From a virus (lineage: Duplodnaviria; Caudoviricetes): 64,000 nucleotides of DNA. The notes beneath the pieces were generated by a model. The model ran no database searches. It saw nothing but the letters and a program-made list of their open reading frames with translations, and was not told the DNA's origin. Positions 44,543 to 54,460 of this stretch are shown here, in pieces (position 1 is the stretch's first letter; each line of letters opens with the position of its first letter). The stretch is from positions 1-64,000 of the IMG/VR virus record IMGVR_UViG_3300010376_000002. One strand, 5' to 3'. The position numbers were made by a program, and so were the translations under genes.

Positions 44543-46981
44543 ATGCCTGACACCTATTCCCCCGCTACGTCGTACGGACCAGGTGGTATCGGTCAATTTA
44601 ACCCACCCGAACTCAACGCAGCGGGACGTCCGACTAGCAAGCCGATCTCAAGTGCTCAACAGGCTTATTCGCTCTATCTGCGGTTCAAAAAACAAAACCG
44701 CGCGCGCGCAAACCGGAACAAAATTATTGCCGATGTGTATAACGGCAAAAGTCCTTACGACCAAAAGGAACTCGACGACCAGAACCAGGGCTGGCGCAGC
44801 AATATGTCGACCCAGTTCCTTTCTTCGATCGTTGACCGCGTCACGCCTCGTTTCACCGGCGCCATTCACGATATCAAATATCTGACCGCGGCCGAACTGC
44901 CAGACAGCTACGACGACTATCAGAACAAGTCCGAGCTGTACCAAATGAAGACGACCGAATTGATTAGGAAGTGGTCTGGCTGGACCGACTTCGTTCAACG
45001 CGTCGTCACCGAGGATGTGCTCCAGGGCTACACCATGGCTGCGAATATCGATGAGCATAATTGGCGGCCGCGGACCTATCGCCAGGAGGATGTGTACTTT
45101 GATGAACAGACTAGCCAAGACGTTCATAGGCTCGATTGCTTCTGTATTGAGCAAGATTTTTTCATTCACGAACTCATCTCCCTGCTCGAAGAGCCGGAGA
45201 CGACTGAGCGCGCCGGGTTCAACGTCGAAAACTTAAAATACGCGATCGAACACGCGATGCCGCCACGCGATGATTTGCCGTCTGATCCGCGGCAACTCTC
45301 TGATATGGCACGGGAAGCCTCGCTTTATTTCTCCTGGCATAAAGCCTCAAAAATGATCCAAACGGTTCACGTTTTTGTTCGGAATTATGTTGGTGGAATA
45401 GATCACTGGTGGGTTAACCGCGGCACCGGTCCGCAAGGGTCGACCGGTGTCGGACCGATGACTAACGATAACGTTGGCGGAGGTGAAGAATTATTCTTTG
45501 GCGACTCCGTTGCCGAGCTAATGGAAGACATAATTACCTTGTTTACCTTCCAATCTGGCAACGACCGGCTTTTTGGTAGTAAAGGGTTAGGGAGATTGTT
45601 AGTTAACATCGCAATTTCGATCGAACGTGAACGTAATTTATATTTCGACCAACAGTATATAGCCGGCTTACTCATCGGCACGGCCGAAGAAAAAGACATT
45701 CCATTTTTAGCGCCGAAGGTGCTCTCACCTTTCTTGATCCTACCTAAAGGGTTCGAACTGATGGCGCAACAATTGCAGTTTAATCCCGAGGCGTTTGCAG
45801 GTCTTGATAACAAACTCACCGCCATCTCAGAAATCATCGCCGGCACTTTCATACCCGAGCAAATTCAAGCCAGCGGACAAGTCGGACAAAGCGACAAGAC
45901 AGCCACTGAAGCAACTATTGACGCAACTCGTGAACAGGAGATTCGTCAGGGTATTTTAAATAGGTGGTGGAATCAGTTTACGCACTTGGTTAGTCAGATG
46001 CAGCGGAGGATTTACACTCCGCTTAACATACGGGCTGCGCTTGCTTTCGCCGAGGCACGCGACGAAGCGATAACGGCCGGACTGAAGCTCGTCGACCAAG
46101 AGATGATGGAACGTCTTTTGAAAATCGATCCGGCCGCGGGCGAGAATTATACCACTGCTCCTCCCTACGGGCGTGCTGACGGCGAAGCTGTTCAAACCAT
46201 AGTGCAGTTGCTAGACGCTGGGTTAGCTCCCGATGAAATCCTCTTATTAGCTTATACGCCGGCCCAGGAATACAATACGAATGTCGGTGCAATCGAGGAT
46301 AACAAGCTCCTGCAATTCGCGATGCAGGCACTCGCAAATCCCTACTGGGACCAAGGAAAATTAAATTTCGAAGCGGGCGCGGCAATGATCGGATATCGAC
46401 GGGCGAAAGACTTGTTCGTGGGTGATCCATCGATGTCGACTAACCTGGAACAACAGCGAGCGCAATACTCCGAATTCACCGACATGACCCAAGGTCAAGC
46501 GATGCCCGTCTCCGACCGCGACGATCACGTGCAGCATATGACTGCATTAAATCAAAAAATGATGGCATCGCTCAACACGATGAGGGAGATCCCGCCTGAG
46601 GTGATTCCAGAACAAGACCTCAACACGATGAAGTTGGCGCTACTTCACGGTGAGGCGCACGTGCAGGCCGAGAACAAAAAGAACTCTTCTATCAAATCCG
46701 GCGGCAAGGGTAAACGGACCAAAGAGATACAACCACTCGCCGCTCAGCTCGGTGAAGCTAACAAAGTCTTTGAAGCGATTTTAAATAACCGCGCGAAAGC
46801 TCAAGCCGCCCAAGCAATGGCTAATCCGATGGATCGGTCAATGCAACCTCCGGCGCATACTTGGCCATCAGGACAGCCGGCTCCGCTACCTCCTGGCACC
46901 AGGCATGGCATCGGAGGAATGCCCACCTCGCTTCCGCCGGCGACACCCAACCCCGCTACTGGAACCACTGTACCCGCTTGA
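44543..46981 (+). CDS. portal (head-tail connector) protein, putative
   Basis: 812 aa; YNGKSPY..EL...QGWRSN, FG.KGLG, E.TATE patterns; followed by a scaffold-like gene. Confidence 0.7.
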   Translation: MPDTYSPATSYGPGGIGQFNPPELNAAGRPTSKPISSAQQAYSLYLRFKKQNRARANRNKIIADVYNGKSPYDQKELDDQNQGWRSNMSTQFLSSIVDRVTPRFTGAIHDIKYLTAAELPDSYDDYQNKSELYQMKTTELIRKWSGWTDFVQRVVTEDVLQGYTMAANIDEHNWRPRTYRQEDVYFDEQTSQDVHRLDCFCIEQDFFIHELISLLEEPETTERAGFNVENLKYAIEHAMPPRDDLPSDPRQLSDMAREASLYFSWHKASKMIQTVHVFVRNYVGGIDHWWVNRGTGPQGSTGVGPMTNDNVGGGEELFFGDSVAELMEDIITLFTFQSGNDRLFGSKGLGRLLVNIAISIERERNLYFDQQYIAGLLIGTAEEKDIPFLAPKVLSPFLILPKGFELMAQQLQFNPEAFAGLDNKLTAISEIIAGTFIPEQIQASGQVGQSDKTATEATIDATREQEIRQGILNRWWNQFTHLVSQMQRRIYTPLNIRAALAFAEARDEAITAGLKLVDQEMMERLLKIDPAAGENYTTAPPYGRADGEAVQTIVQLLDAGLAPDEILLLAYTPAQEYNTNVGAIEDNKLLQFAMQALANPYWDQGKLNFEAGAAMIGYRRAKDLFVGDPSMSTNLEQQRAQYSEFTDMTQGQAMPVSDRDDHVQHMTALNQKMMASLNTMREIPPEVIPEQDLNTMKLALLHGEAHVQAENKKNSSIKSGGKGKRTKEIQPLAAQLGEANKVFEAILNNRAKAQAAQAMANPMDRSMQPPAHTWPSGQPAPLPPGTRHGIGGMPTSLPPATPNPATGTTVPA

Positions 46982-47232
46982 AAACCCATTGGACGAATGA
47001 CGATCGAGCCGCTTTCCGCGAATGGCTCCAAGAAAACCTAGGCCAAAAGTTCTTACGCTATCTCCAAGAACAACTTCCCGAAACACCGGAAGGTTTCGAT
47101 CAAATGCAAATGGCTAGCTACGGCTTTGAGGTCCGCGGCTACCAAAAACTTCTGACTAAGATCGAGGAGATGAGTCGGTTGCCGTCGCCCGTCGTGGCAC
47201 CCGCCCAGTTCGTCGACACCCTGAGGGACTAG
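46978..47232 (+). CDS. small helical protein after the portal
   Basis: TTG start overlapping the portal TGA. Confidence 0.6.
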   Translation: MKTHWTNDDRAAFREWLQENLGQKFLRYLQEQLPETPEGFDQMQMASYGFEVRGYQKLLTKIEEMSRLPSPVVAPAQFVDTLRD

Positions 47233-47235
47233 CCT

Positions 47236-48546
47236 ATGTCAAGCAGTCTCGGCTCTACGATTCCCGTTACGCGGGATCCAAACTACCAAGTCACCACCAG
47301 GGAACAGGCACTCGACCTAGAAAAAGCCTTCGAGACAGCCTTTGGCGATAACGCCGAACCGCCGAAGGAGGAACCAAAAGCTCCTCCGGAACCGGAGCCA
47401 AAGGAAACGCCGCTGGTTGAAACGCCCGAGCCGAAGGAACCGGCAGAACCACCTCCGGCCGCACCTAAGCTTAGTCCGGAAACGCCGCCGGCCGAACCGC
47501 TGGCGCATCCTGATGACGAACCGGACGAGGAGCTCGATCAAATCCGAATCGGCGCCGATGCTCGGCCCGAGACGATCGAAGTCGTCCGCACGCTTCGCGG
47601 GATGGTAAAGACCGATAAGAAGCAGATTAAAGAGCTTCAACGGCGCCTGGAAACCCAAGACGGAGAGCTTAGTACTTTGCGCACGTCGGTGCGACCGGTC
47701 GCGGATCCGACTGTGCAAGCGGAGCTCACCGAACTTCGGACTTTTAAGCAGCAGCATCAGATTTTCGATGACACTGGCTATCACGCAGAATTCGAGCAGC
47801 CCGTCCGACAAATCTTCGATGAGATTATTAAGGACGTAGTCAATCTCTCGGTCGATAAAGATCAGGCGGCCGAATGGGAAAAGCAGATGCGCTCGGCCGG
47901 CCCGGATCGCTTAGACAGAACCTATTGGAACGAAGGAGTCATCAACCAGTGTGGCGATCCGCTGCATCGGGAACGTCTTATCCGCAAAGTCTTGAGCCTG
48001 ATGGATGCTCAAGAGAAGCGTAACGAATTCCGGACTAAAGTTGCGGCGCAGCCTGATGGCTATCAGCAATATCGCGACCAGCAAGCTAAAAACTATTGGG
48101 GGCAATTTACCACCGAAGCGACGGACGAAGCTATCAAGCTCGCTCCCACATTGGGTGAATGGGCCTCTCCCAAAGACGTTACTCTTGCCAAGAGTGCCAC
48201 GGAGCGTGCTGCTTTCGAAGCGCACAACAAAGAGTACAAAGAGTGGGAAGACCTCTTTCAGAAAGTGCTGACAGAAGTTGCTACGCAGGGTCCGCGCGGA
48301 ATGACTCGAGTCGCGCTTTCGGCCGTTGCCGGCGAAAGATTTCGTCGCGAACGCGATGCCGCGAACGCGAAAATTACCAAGCTTCAGGCGGAGCTCAAAA
48401 CCGCCCAAGACGAACTCAATAAAATCGCGGGCGCCCGTTCACGCGTTTCCACGGTTAGTTCCGGCACCTCCACTAGAACCGAGACACCGCGAACTAAGTT
48501 AGGGCAAAGCGTGGCAGACGCCTTCAAGGAACACTTTGGATCATGA
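47236..48546 (+). CDS. scaffolding-like protein
   Basis: Acidic P/E-rich N-terminus, long coiled coils, basic C-terminal tail. Confidence 0.6.
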   Translation: MSSSLGSTIPVTRDPNYQVTTREQALDLEKAFETAFGDNAEPPKEEPKAPPEPEPKETPLVETPEPKEPAEPPPAAPKLSPETPPAEPLAHPDDEPDEELDQIRIGADARPETIEVVRTLRGMVKTDKKQIKELQRRLETQDGELSTLRTSVRPVADPTVQAELTELRTFKQQHQIFDDTGYHAEFEQPVRQIFDEIIKDVVNLSVDKDQAAEWEKQMRSAGPDRLDRTYWNEGVINQCGDPLHRERLIRKVLSLMDAQEKRNEFRTKVAAQPDGYQQYRDQQAKNYWGQFTTEATDEAIKLAPTLGEWASPKDVTLAKSATERAAFEAHNKEYKEWEDLFQKVLTEVATQGPRGMTRVALSAVAGERFRRERDAANAKITKLQAELKTAQDELNKIAGARSRVSTVSSGTSTRTETPRTKLGQSVADAFKEHFGS

Positions 48547-49388
48547 GCACTGCCTTACCCGCTATGTTCCCTCCGGATGCCGAGGAATCCGTTGACCTCG
48601 AGCAATCGAATTTCTCCATGGCGCACCGGAAACCTTCCTACCCGGTGACGATTATGATGCCGTACGTCGACGGCATCCGCGGACCTGTCGTCGCCTCCAT
48701 GCTCTACTATGCGAAGCATTTGGATATCGGGTTCGAGTTAGTTGGTAATACGTTAGTAGCCCAAGCTCGCAATGAATTAGTTGGTCGGTTTCTGCGTTCA
48801 AACGCTGAATGGTCATTCTGGGTCGACAGTGACGTTTTCATCCCTTACGGCAAAGCCGATCCGTTCATCGGCTACACCAGGATTCAGAAGGGACGAAACT
48901 TCGCGGAGCACAACACGCTTCTCCGAATGATGAGTCACAACAAAGCTTTAGTCGGAGGCGTTTACGCCGGCCGATTTCGCGGAGCTCCGCTTACTATCCA
49001 ACCAGACTTGGAACCGCGAAACGTGCACGACCAGCAAGTGAGCCACGCACTGAGAGAGGGCAAGCCGGCCGGCGGCTTGCACCCCGTCAATTGGGTTGCC
49101 GCCGGGCTAATGTTGGTTCACCGCGCGGTGTTCGAAAAGATCGCGGAAGCTTTTCCCTTCGAGCCGACCTATCCTAAGCAGAACTATCCCTACTTTATTC
49201 AAACCGATCGAGTAGGAGAAGACGTGTACTTTTGTCAGCAAGCCAAAGCTTGCGGAATTCAACCGTATCTCGACACTGAAGTGCGCGCCGGCCACATCGG
49301 ACTCTCCTTTTTCATGCCGGAGGATTCGACACCGATCATTCCGTTACGCGGCAACCGGCCGGTCGCTCCGCCTCCACCACAGGAATGA
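48543..49388 (+). CDS. GT-A (GT2-like) glycosyltransferase
   Basis: ARN, WVDSD (DxD), GGVY, AAGLMLVHR.VFE, GEDVYFC, GHIG. Confidence 0.85.
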   Translation: MSTALPAMFPPDAEESVDLEQSNFSMAHRKPSYPVTIMMPYVDGIRGPVVASMLYYAKHLDIGFELVGNTLVAQARNELVGRFLRSNAEWSFWVDSDVFIPYGKADPFIGYTRIQKGRNFAEHNTLLRMMSHNKALVGGVYAGRFRGAPLTIQPDLEPRNVHDQQVSHALREGKPAGGLHPVNWVAAGLMLVHRAVFEKIAEAFPFEPTYPKQNYPYFIQTDRVGEDVYFCQQAKACGIQPYLDTEVRAGHIGLSFFMPEDSTPIIPLRGNRPVAPPPPQE

Positions 49389-49392
49389 AGGA

Positions 49393-49653
49393 GTGCATTC
49401 AGTAGAGTTGACTTCAGAAGAGCAGAAATTCTTACTGGCAGCACTTAAGGCGCATGCCTGTAATCAGCTCGTAGTCTCGGTGAGCAACTGGTTTGGAGTT
49501 GGTTGCAATTCGGAAGCTGACGTCAGCATGATCGAAGAAGAACTGATTAACAGCCTACGTTGGAAACTGAGCGAGAAGATCTCCTCGGAAGCGAGACAGT
49601 GGAGCGAAATTCTCCCTGACTTCCATGAGGTAGCTGGACACGTTGCTGCTTAA
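49393..49653 (+). CDS. hypothetical protein
   Basis: Last ORF of the + run, converges on the 49650 ORF. Confidence 0.4.
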   Translation: MHSVELTSEEQKFLLAALKAHACNQLVVSVSNWFGVGCNSEADVSMIEEELINSLRWKLSEKISSEARQWSEILPDFHEVAGHVAA

Positions 49654-50993
49654 TTCTGCTCGATTATCGTCATCGGAGAATCGCTCTCGATTGTTATCCG
49701 ATGTTTTTGCGCCGGCGTAGGTGTCGGCGTAGGTGTCGGCCGCGGAGGAGTGGGTGTCGGCTGCGGCGTGGGTGTCGGAGTCGGCTGCGGTCCACCACCA
49801 CCGCTTACTGGCCCATACTCATCAGTCGGCAAATCATTAGAAGGATGAGGGTATTGGAAAGGATGATAGGAGTAAGTGGTGCCACTGTTATCCGTTTTGA
49901 GCTGCCATTTTTTCATAGTCCCAGGCTGAGAGTCACTCACGAAATAATCCCGGTTGAGCACCACGTTCTCACCAGCACCCACTTTCATCGGGGTTCCGTC
50001 AAATTGGAAATTGTTCCAAATGTAGACGGGACTTGGATTCTGATTGATCCCGCGCGCGAGATACAACGGCTGAGAACCACCGTTTTCGTCGTACATGTGA
50101 ATGATGCCGTTACCCCACAAATTGGACCCTTCCACGTGACAGTCGAACACCACGCCACTGCCACCGCGCAGAGCGAAATAATCGCCTTGGTTCATCCCGG
50201 CAAAATCGCCTTCGGGCGGCGGCACATAAAAGGTAATGTCGTAGAACTCGAACCATCGTGCTCCCACTGATCCTGGCGTCCCATGCTGGTCGATATGGCT
50301 GCCCTTGCAGATATCGTGGCGCATCACCGTGCGGCTACCGTAATAGCCTTGTAGCGCTGCTGTGCCCCAAAAGTAGTCGTCTTGCAGTGGGTTCTTGCTG
50401 AACGTGCAATTCTCGACATAGAGCGCTTCGTCGGTGCCGGGATGCACATCGTCTTTCCAGCCTGCTGTATTCCCAGCACCGAGACCGAAGTTATGGATCA
50501 TCTCCGAGGCTCCTCCTCCGCTGAACGTACAGTGATCGACTAGACCTTTACCGTTGCCGCCAGTCTGGAAAAAGATCGATTGGGCAGTACCGCCATCGAA
50601 GGTGCAATTGTAAACCCTAAAGGTGGCTGCGTTTGGATTGCTGCTGATTTGCAGGTTGAACTGGTTTGTCCAAGCGATTCCATCCACGATAACTGGCGAA
50701 GCATCACAGGTCAGATTACATACAAAATGATAATTCTGCGGTGTCACCGTTTCCACGGTGGTTTTATCGACGCCCGCGCCTTCCAGCCGAACACCGCGTG
50801 GACCGTTGACATAGGTAGTCCACTCGAATTTCCCGGCCGGGATCTTGACTGTGGCGCCGCTCGGTGCGGCGTTTAGTGCCGCTTGCACGTCACTTGCGCT
50901 GCCATTGGTGGTATAGACGTTACCGCTTTTGGTAAAGCCTGGACTTGCGTGAGCCAGGGCTAAGAAAAAGAAGCTAACTAGGAACGCTTTCAT
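49650..50993 (-). CDS. secreted right-handed beta-helix (pectin-lyase-like) protein with PT linker
   Basis: Signal peptide MKAFLVSFFFLALAHA, DVQAALNAA..G.TV.IPAG cap, repeated N-C-T-F/D-H-C-T-F rungs. Confidence 0.75.
   Translation of the reverse strand: MKAFLVSFFFLALAHASPGFTKSGNVYTTNGSASDVQAALNAAPSGATVKIPAGKFEWTTYVNGPRGVRLEGAGVDKTTVETVTPQNYHFVCNLTCDASPVIVDGIAWTNQFNLQISSNPNAATFRVYNCTFDGGTAQSIFFQTGGNGKGLVDHCTFSGGGASEMIHNFGLGAGNTAGWKDDVHPGTDEALYVENCTFSKNPLQDDYFWGTAALQGYYGSRTVMRHDICKGSHIDQHGTPGSVGARWFEFYDITFYVPPPEGDFAGMNQGDYFALRGGSGVVFDCHVEGSNLWGNGIIHMYDENGGSQPLYLARGINQNPSPVYIWNNFQFDGTPMKVGAGENVVLNRDYFVSDSQPGTMKKWQLKTDNSGTTYSYHPFQYPHPSNDLPTDEYGPVSGGGGPQPTPTPTPQPTPTPPRPTPTPTPTPAQKHRITIESDSPMTIIEQN
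49712..49790 (-). repeat. Pro-Thr linker repeat
   Basis: ggcgtaggtgtc x2 and related units; PQPTPTPTPQPTPTPPRPTPTPTPTP. Confidence 0.85.
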
Positions 50994-51035
50994 TTGGGCT
51001 TGCTCGCACCTATCTGCTCCCTGAGCAAGCTACAG

Positions 51036-53126
51036 TTATAAGACTTGCGGAAAACTGTTTCCGTAGGTGCTCCGCGGCCACTGTAAAGTGATTGTCTGAT
51101 GCGGATAGCGCGCCCGCCATTCGTCATCCAACATGTCGACCGCGAGATTGATTTGGTCCATGGCGATCTGGACCGGCGCCGTTGGCATTAGCGTATTCAT
51201 CGCACTTCCCCCCCCCGCGGTACGAAGCGCAGCGACGCCGGTCAAAGCTTGGATAATCGCTTCGCGCGAGCGCACGTGTAAGGGATCAGTTAGCTCGCTG
51301 ATTTTGAGCCAGTTTTTCTTATATCTCAGCCTCACCCGTTTACACATCGTGCCGACCCTGATGATCCGATATTGCGGTTCAGTGTCCCACGGCCAATAGA
51401 GCGCGATGAAGTTTGTTTGCGGATAGTTGGTTTGCCAATTAGTGTTGCCGTCCCAGATCCCGGTCGGAGGAGGAAGAACAATTGGCGGCGTGGCTTGAAG
51501 TGCGAATGGATTAGTCGCGAAAAGGTTGAGAAATCCGAAGGTCGGATCTTTGGTCACCCGTTCGACTTGGTCGAAAATCTGTTTCGAAGGAGTGGTACGA
51601 TTCGAGTAGCAGGGAATATCGACACCCCAAGTTCCGCGAGAATTCAGTACGGGCTGGTCTTGGTAATAGCCGTAGACCGTAATTGTGGCGCCATTGTCCT
51701 GGGGGAGCTCGGGCACGGCAAAAAGCTGCGCCGGCCCTTTCAAGCGAAAAGCGAGCGGAGTCGAACCTTGCTCTTCCCAACCTTTTGCTAAGCGATTGGA
51801 TCCATTGATGCGCGTAAAGGAACAGTTGGCACTCGTATATGGATCGCTCGGCCAGACACTCGAGCCTTGAGTTGCAGCGAGCTGCGGCCAAGGCACCCAT
51901 TGGTTCGGATCCTGATCGAGGTCGCCAAACTCGCCCATGCCGGCGTAAGAAAATTCGAACCAAGGCGAATGATAGGCGCCGATCGTTCGATTGATGTTCA
52001 TCGCCAGCACCGTGTCGACGTACCGCGGTAACGCCACGTAATAATCGTCGTCCGCGCGCAAGGTAACAACGCCAGTGAGCGAGTCCCAGTATTGGCATTT
52101 GTTATACAACACCTCCATCGTCGACGTAATCCGATCGAAAATCTTCTGCCGGCCGATCGGACCGAAGAGCCGCGCAGCATCATCATAAACGTCCGCGACG
52201 ATCACGACGTCTCGCTGACCAATCGTGAGATTGAGAGCACTGGAAACCTCGGTGGTAGCGCTCGCCGCGATGTATTGGTTGCGGGCGGCTTGCTCTTCAG
52301 TCAGAAGCTGAACCGCGATCGCCTCGGTTTGCTGCGCCAGGTCGAAGTGCACCTCGTCCTCATACTTGATAGTCTGGCACTGCATGATAACGGCCTGCGA
52401 CGAATTCAGCGGAATCACGTCCAGAAGCGAGGTGATCTTCATGGTCTTCCGCCTGGCGAGCATCCGAACCGAGACTGCTTTCTGGCTCAGCTTGATACAG
52501 CTGAACTCCGGAAGTGTGACCTCCGGATAGTAATAGGCCAAGATGTAGGGACCGGCCGATAAAGTCACAGTTCCCACGGTTACCGGTTTCACGACCTCAA
52601 TCACTCCGTAGACATTCTGCGACGGCGCCGCCACGGTGCCGGCCGGCGCGATCGGAAGCTGGATCACGTAGTCGTTCGCACTCTTGGTTCGGATCTTGAC
52701 GTTGAGTTCGAGAGCTTCGTCCGCTTCGGAGTCACTCGTTGCCGTCAGTGCCCAACCGCCGCGCGGGAATCGCCGCTGAATGGGAGAAGTGAGCCGGTCC
52801 TGCCACTGCCAGCCTGCCTCGAGGTCGGACGATCCTGGCCCATTCATTTGGAATTCATAGAGCGTGTTATGACTGAAAGCAGGGTTGCCGTTCAGGTTGC
52901 AGCGAATGGGCTTTTCGATCTGGTAGGGTAGATAGACGTAATAGCTTTGCTGGACTGGCAGATCCAAATAAATCTGAAGCGGATCAAAGGTGACGCTGCC
53001 GGCGGCCGCACAAACTTTCCGCGCCAAGGTTTCCACGGCACGTGTCAGAACGCCGAACAAGTAGGGTTGGTCGCATCGACCCGTCACTTGTTCGACTTCG
53101 CCAATAATGTCTCCGACTAAAATCAT
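51036..53126 (-). CDS. head-tail adaptor/tail tubular-like protein with internal duplication
   Basis: Two similar halves (V.D...., YV.LP......N.N...H..(Y/F)EF...G.G). Confidence 0.55.
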   Translation of the reverse strand: MILVGDIIGEVEQVTGRCDQPYLFGVLTRAVETLARKVCAAAGSVTFDPLQIYLDLPVQQSYYVYLPYQIEKPIRCNLNGNPAFSHNTLYEFQMNGPGSSDLEAGWQWQDRLTSPIQRRFPRGGWALTATSDSEADEALELNVKIRTKSANDYVIQLPIAPAGTVAAPSQNVYGVIEVVKPVTVGTVTLSAGPYILAYYYPEVTLPEFSCIKLSQKAVSVRMLARRKTMKITSLLDVIPLNSSQAVIMQCQTIKYEDEVHFDLAQQTEAIAVQLLTEEQAARNQYIAASATTEVSSALNLTIGQRDVVIVADVYDDAARLFGPIGRQKIFDRITSTMEVLYNKCQYWDSLTGVVTLRADDDYYVALPRYVDTVLAMNINRTIGAYHSPWFEFSYAGMGEFGDLDQDPNQWVPWPQLAATQGSSVWPSDPYTSANCSFTRINGSNRLAKGWEEQGSTPLAFRLKGPAQLFAVPELPQDNGATITVYGYYQDQPVLNSRGTWGVDIPCYSNRTTPSKQIFDQVERVTKDPTFGFLNLFATNPFALQATPPIVLPPPTGIWDGNTNWQTNYPQTNFIALYWPWDTEPQYRIIRVGTMCKRVRLRYKKNWLKISELTDPLHVRSREAIIQALTGVAALRTAGGGSAMNTLMPTAPVQIAMDQINLAVDMLDDEWRARYPHQTITLQWPRSTYGNSFPQVL

Positions 53127-53311
53127 CGTGCGATTGGAACATGCCCCAAAAGACCGATCAAAACATAGATGACGTACACGACAAAAATGACAACACAGAC
53201 CACCCGAATAATCTGTGCGAAGGGCGCCAAGAATGGCAGCTGATTAACCACCCAAATGACCAACCCCAAGATGATCGCTACGATGACCAAGTATAGAAGG
53301 GTCGCGATCAC
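53123..53311 (-). CDS. small two-TM membrane protein
   Basis: LLYLVIVAIILGLVIWVVNQLP...P...IIRVVCVVI. Confidence 0.7.
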   Translation of the reverse strand: MIATLLYLVIVAIILGLVIWVVNQLPFLAPFAQIIRVVCVVIFVVYVIYVLIGLLGHVPIAR

Positions 53312-53664
53312 TTCTTCTCTTCTTTTTTCTCCTCTTTCTTGGATTCGCCTAGACCGTGTTTTTTCGCGGCCGCATCGACCTCGTCCCGTGTCGACGGTTT
53401 CTGTTTTGCCTCGCCTTTGTGCGGCGTGACGTCGTGAATGTCCAAGTCGTAATTATGCGTCTGTTTCCCGCCCGGTTCGTCGCGACACTCGTGTCCGCGG
53501 CAGTGACCTTTGATGTGGGCTTCGAAAGGTTTGCCGGCCTCGATACCGGAGAGCTCGCCGGGCAGGTGGTGCAAGAACAAGCTAGGCGCAACTTCGTCGC
53601 TTCCGTTATCTTTTAGCACCTTAGAGAGTTCTTTCTCCGAAGGTCGTTTTCTGGTGACTTTCAT
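53308..53664 (-). CDS. hypothetical charged protein
   Basis: ATGA overlap supports start 53664. Confidence 0.55.
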   Translation of the reverse strand: MKVTRKRPSEKELSKVLKDNGSDEVAPSLFLHHLPGELSGIEAGKPFEAHIKGHCRGHECRDEPGGKQTHNYDLDIHDVTPHKGEAKQKPSTRDEVDAAAKKHGLGESKKEEKKEEKK

Positions 53665-53957
53665 AACGTGCTCCAATCGATTGGCTTGTAAGGCAACGGA
53701 TCCAGATCGTTCTCGCTCGCCGCACCAACAACCATATTGCGTTGCCACTCCGAAGCGTGAAACCCAGTGAAATCGAATGGACCAGTTCGGTCCTCTTCTG
53801 GTAGCCACCAATGGTGTTTCTCGATGATCGGCAAATGCGGATACTTGAGCTCGAGTCCTTTGCGGACGTACGGAACGGGCGCCGCCGGAGACTTTTTCAG
53901 TCCAAAGAGCGCAGCTAAGCCGCCCAAAAACAGACCTAAGAATGATCGACGTTTCAT
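53661..53957 (-). CDS. small protein with a twin-arginine signal
   Basis: MKRRSFLGLFLGGLAAL. Confidence 0.6.
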   Translation of the reverse strand: MKRRSFLGLFLGGLAALFGLKKSPAAPVPYVRKGLELKYPHLPIIEKHHWWLPEEDRTGPFDFTGFHASEWQRNMVVGAASENDLDPLPYKPIDWSTL

Positions 53958-54163
53958 CGCTTCTTAGAACGAAACCCTCCTTTGGGTTTTTTCGCAATGT
54001 TATGCAAGTCAGCGGCCGGGATATCTCGCGCGATTCGCGCGGCTGACTTCGAGTACTTTGGCGAGACTTCGCCTTTCTGAATCCCGCGCGCGATCCCCAT
54101 TATTTTCTGTTGGGGCGCCGTGGTCTTCTTGCCGTGTATTGTGCCTTTTGCTTTGCCTGGCAT
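53954..54163 (-). CDS. small basic protein
   Basis: QQK.MGIA..IQKG...S..A..IA..I....L..IA pattern; GGAG upstream. Confidence 0.6.
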   Translation of the reverse strand: MPGKAKGTIHGKKTTAPQQKIMGIARGIQKGEVSPKYSKSAARIARDIPAADLHNIAKKPKGGFRSKKR

Positions 54164-54172
54164 GGTGAACTC

Positions 54173-54460
54173 CTATTCGTCGAATACGAGATGCAGGGCA
54201 CTAGCTATCTTCCCATTGAGTAACGCTCTTTCTTGGTCGCGCCCGTGGCGGAAGGCGAGCAGGTAAATCTGCATCACCGCAAGCAGAGCCTTGCGCTCAA
54301 AAGTGACAATGCCAGCATCGAGCCCAAAAAGCTCTCGATCCCCTTTCAGATAAAATTTTACGCCACCGGTTTCGTTTCGTACCACGAAGTTGCCACTGTC
54401 GAGTTCGATCCTCTCGACCAACTCGTCGTTCTCAAGACTGGTTTGAATTTCACTGCTCAT
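54173..54460 (-). CDS. hypothetical protein
   Basis: ATGA overlap. Confidence 0.55.
   Translation of the reverse strand: MSSEIQTSLENDELVERIELDSGNFVVRNETGGVKFYLKGDRELFGLDAGIVTFERKALLAVMQIYLLAFRHGRDQERALLNGKIASALHLVFDE

Noticed and set aside
44194-44550. 118-aa ORF spanning the ncRNA region (also track ORFs 44259-44510 and 44481-44885)
   Set aside because: TTG start inside a terminator, no recognisable motifs, and the region is better explained by RNA helices; not formally excluded.
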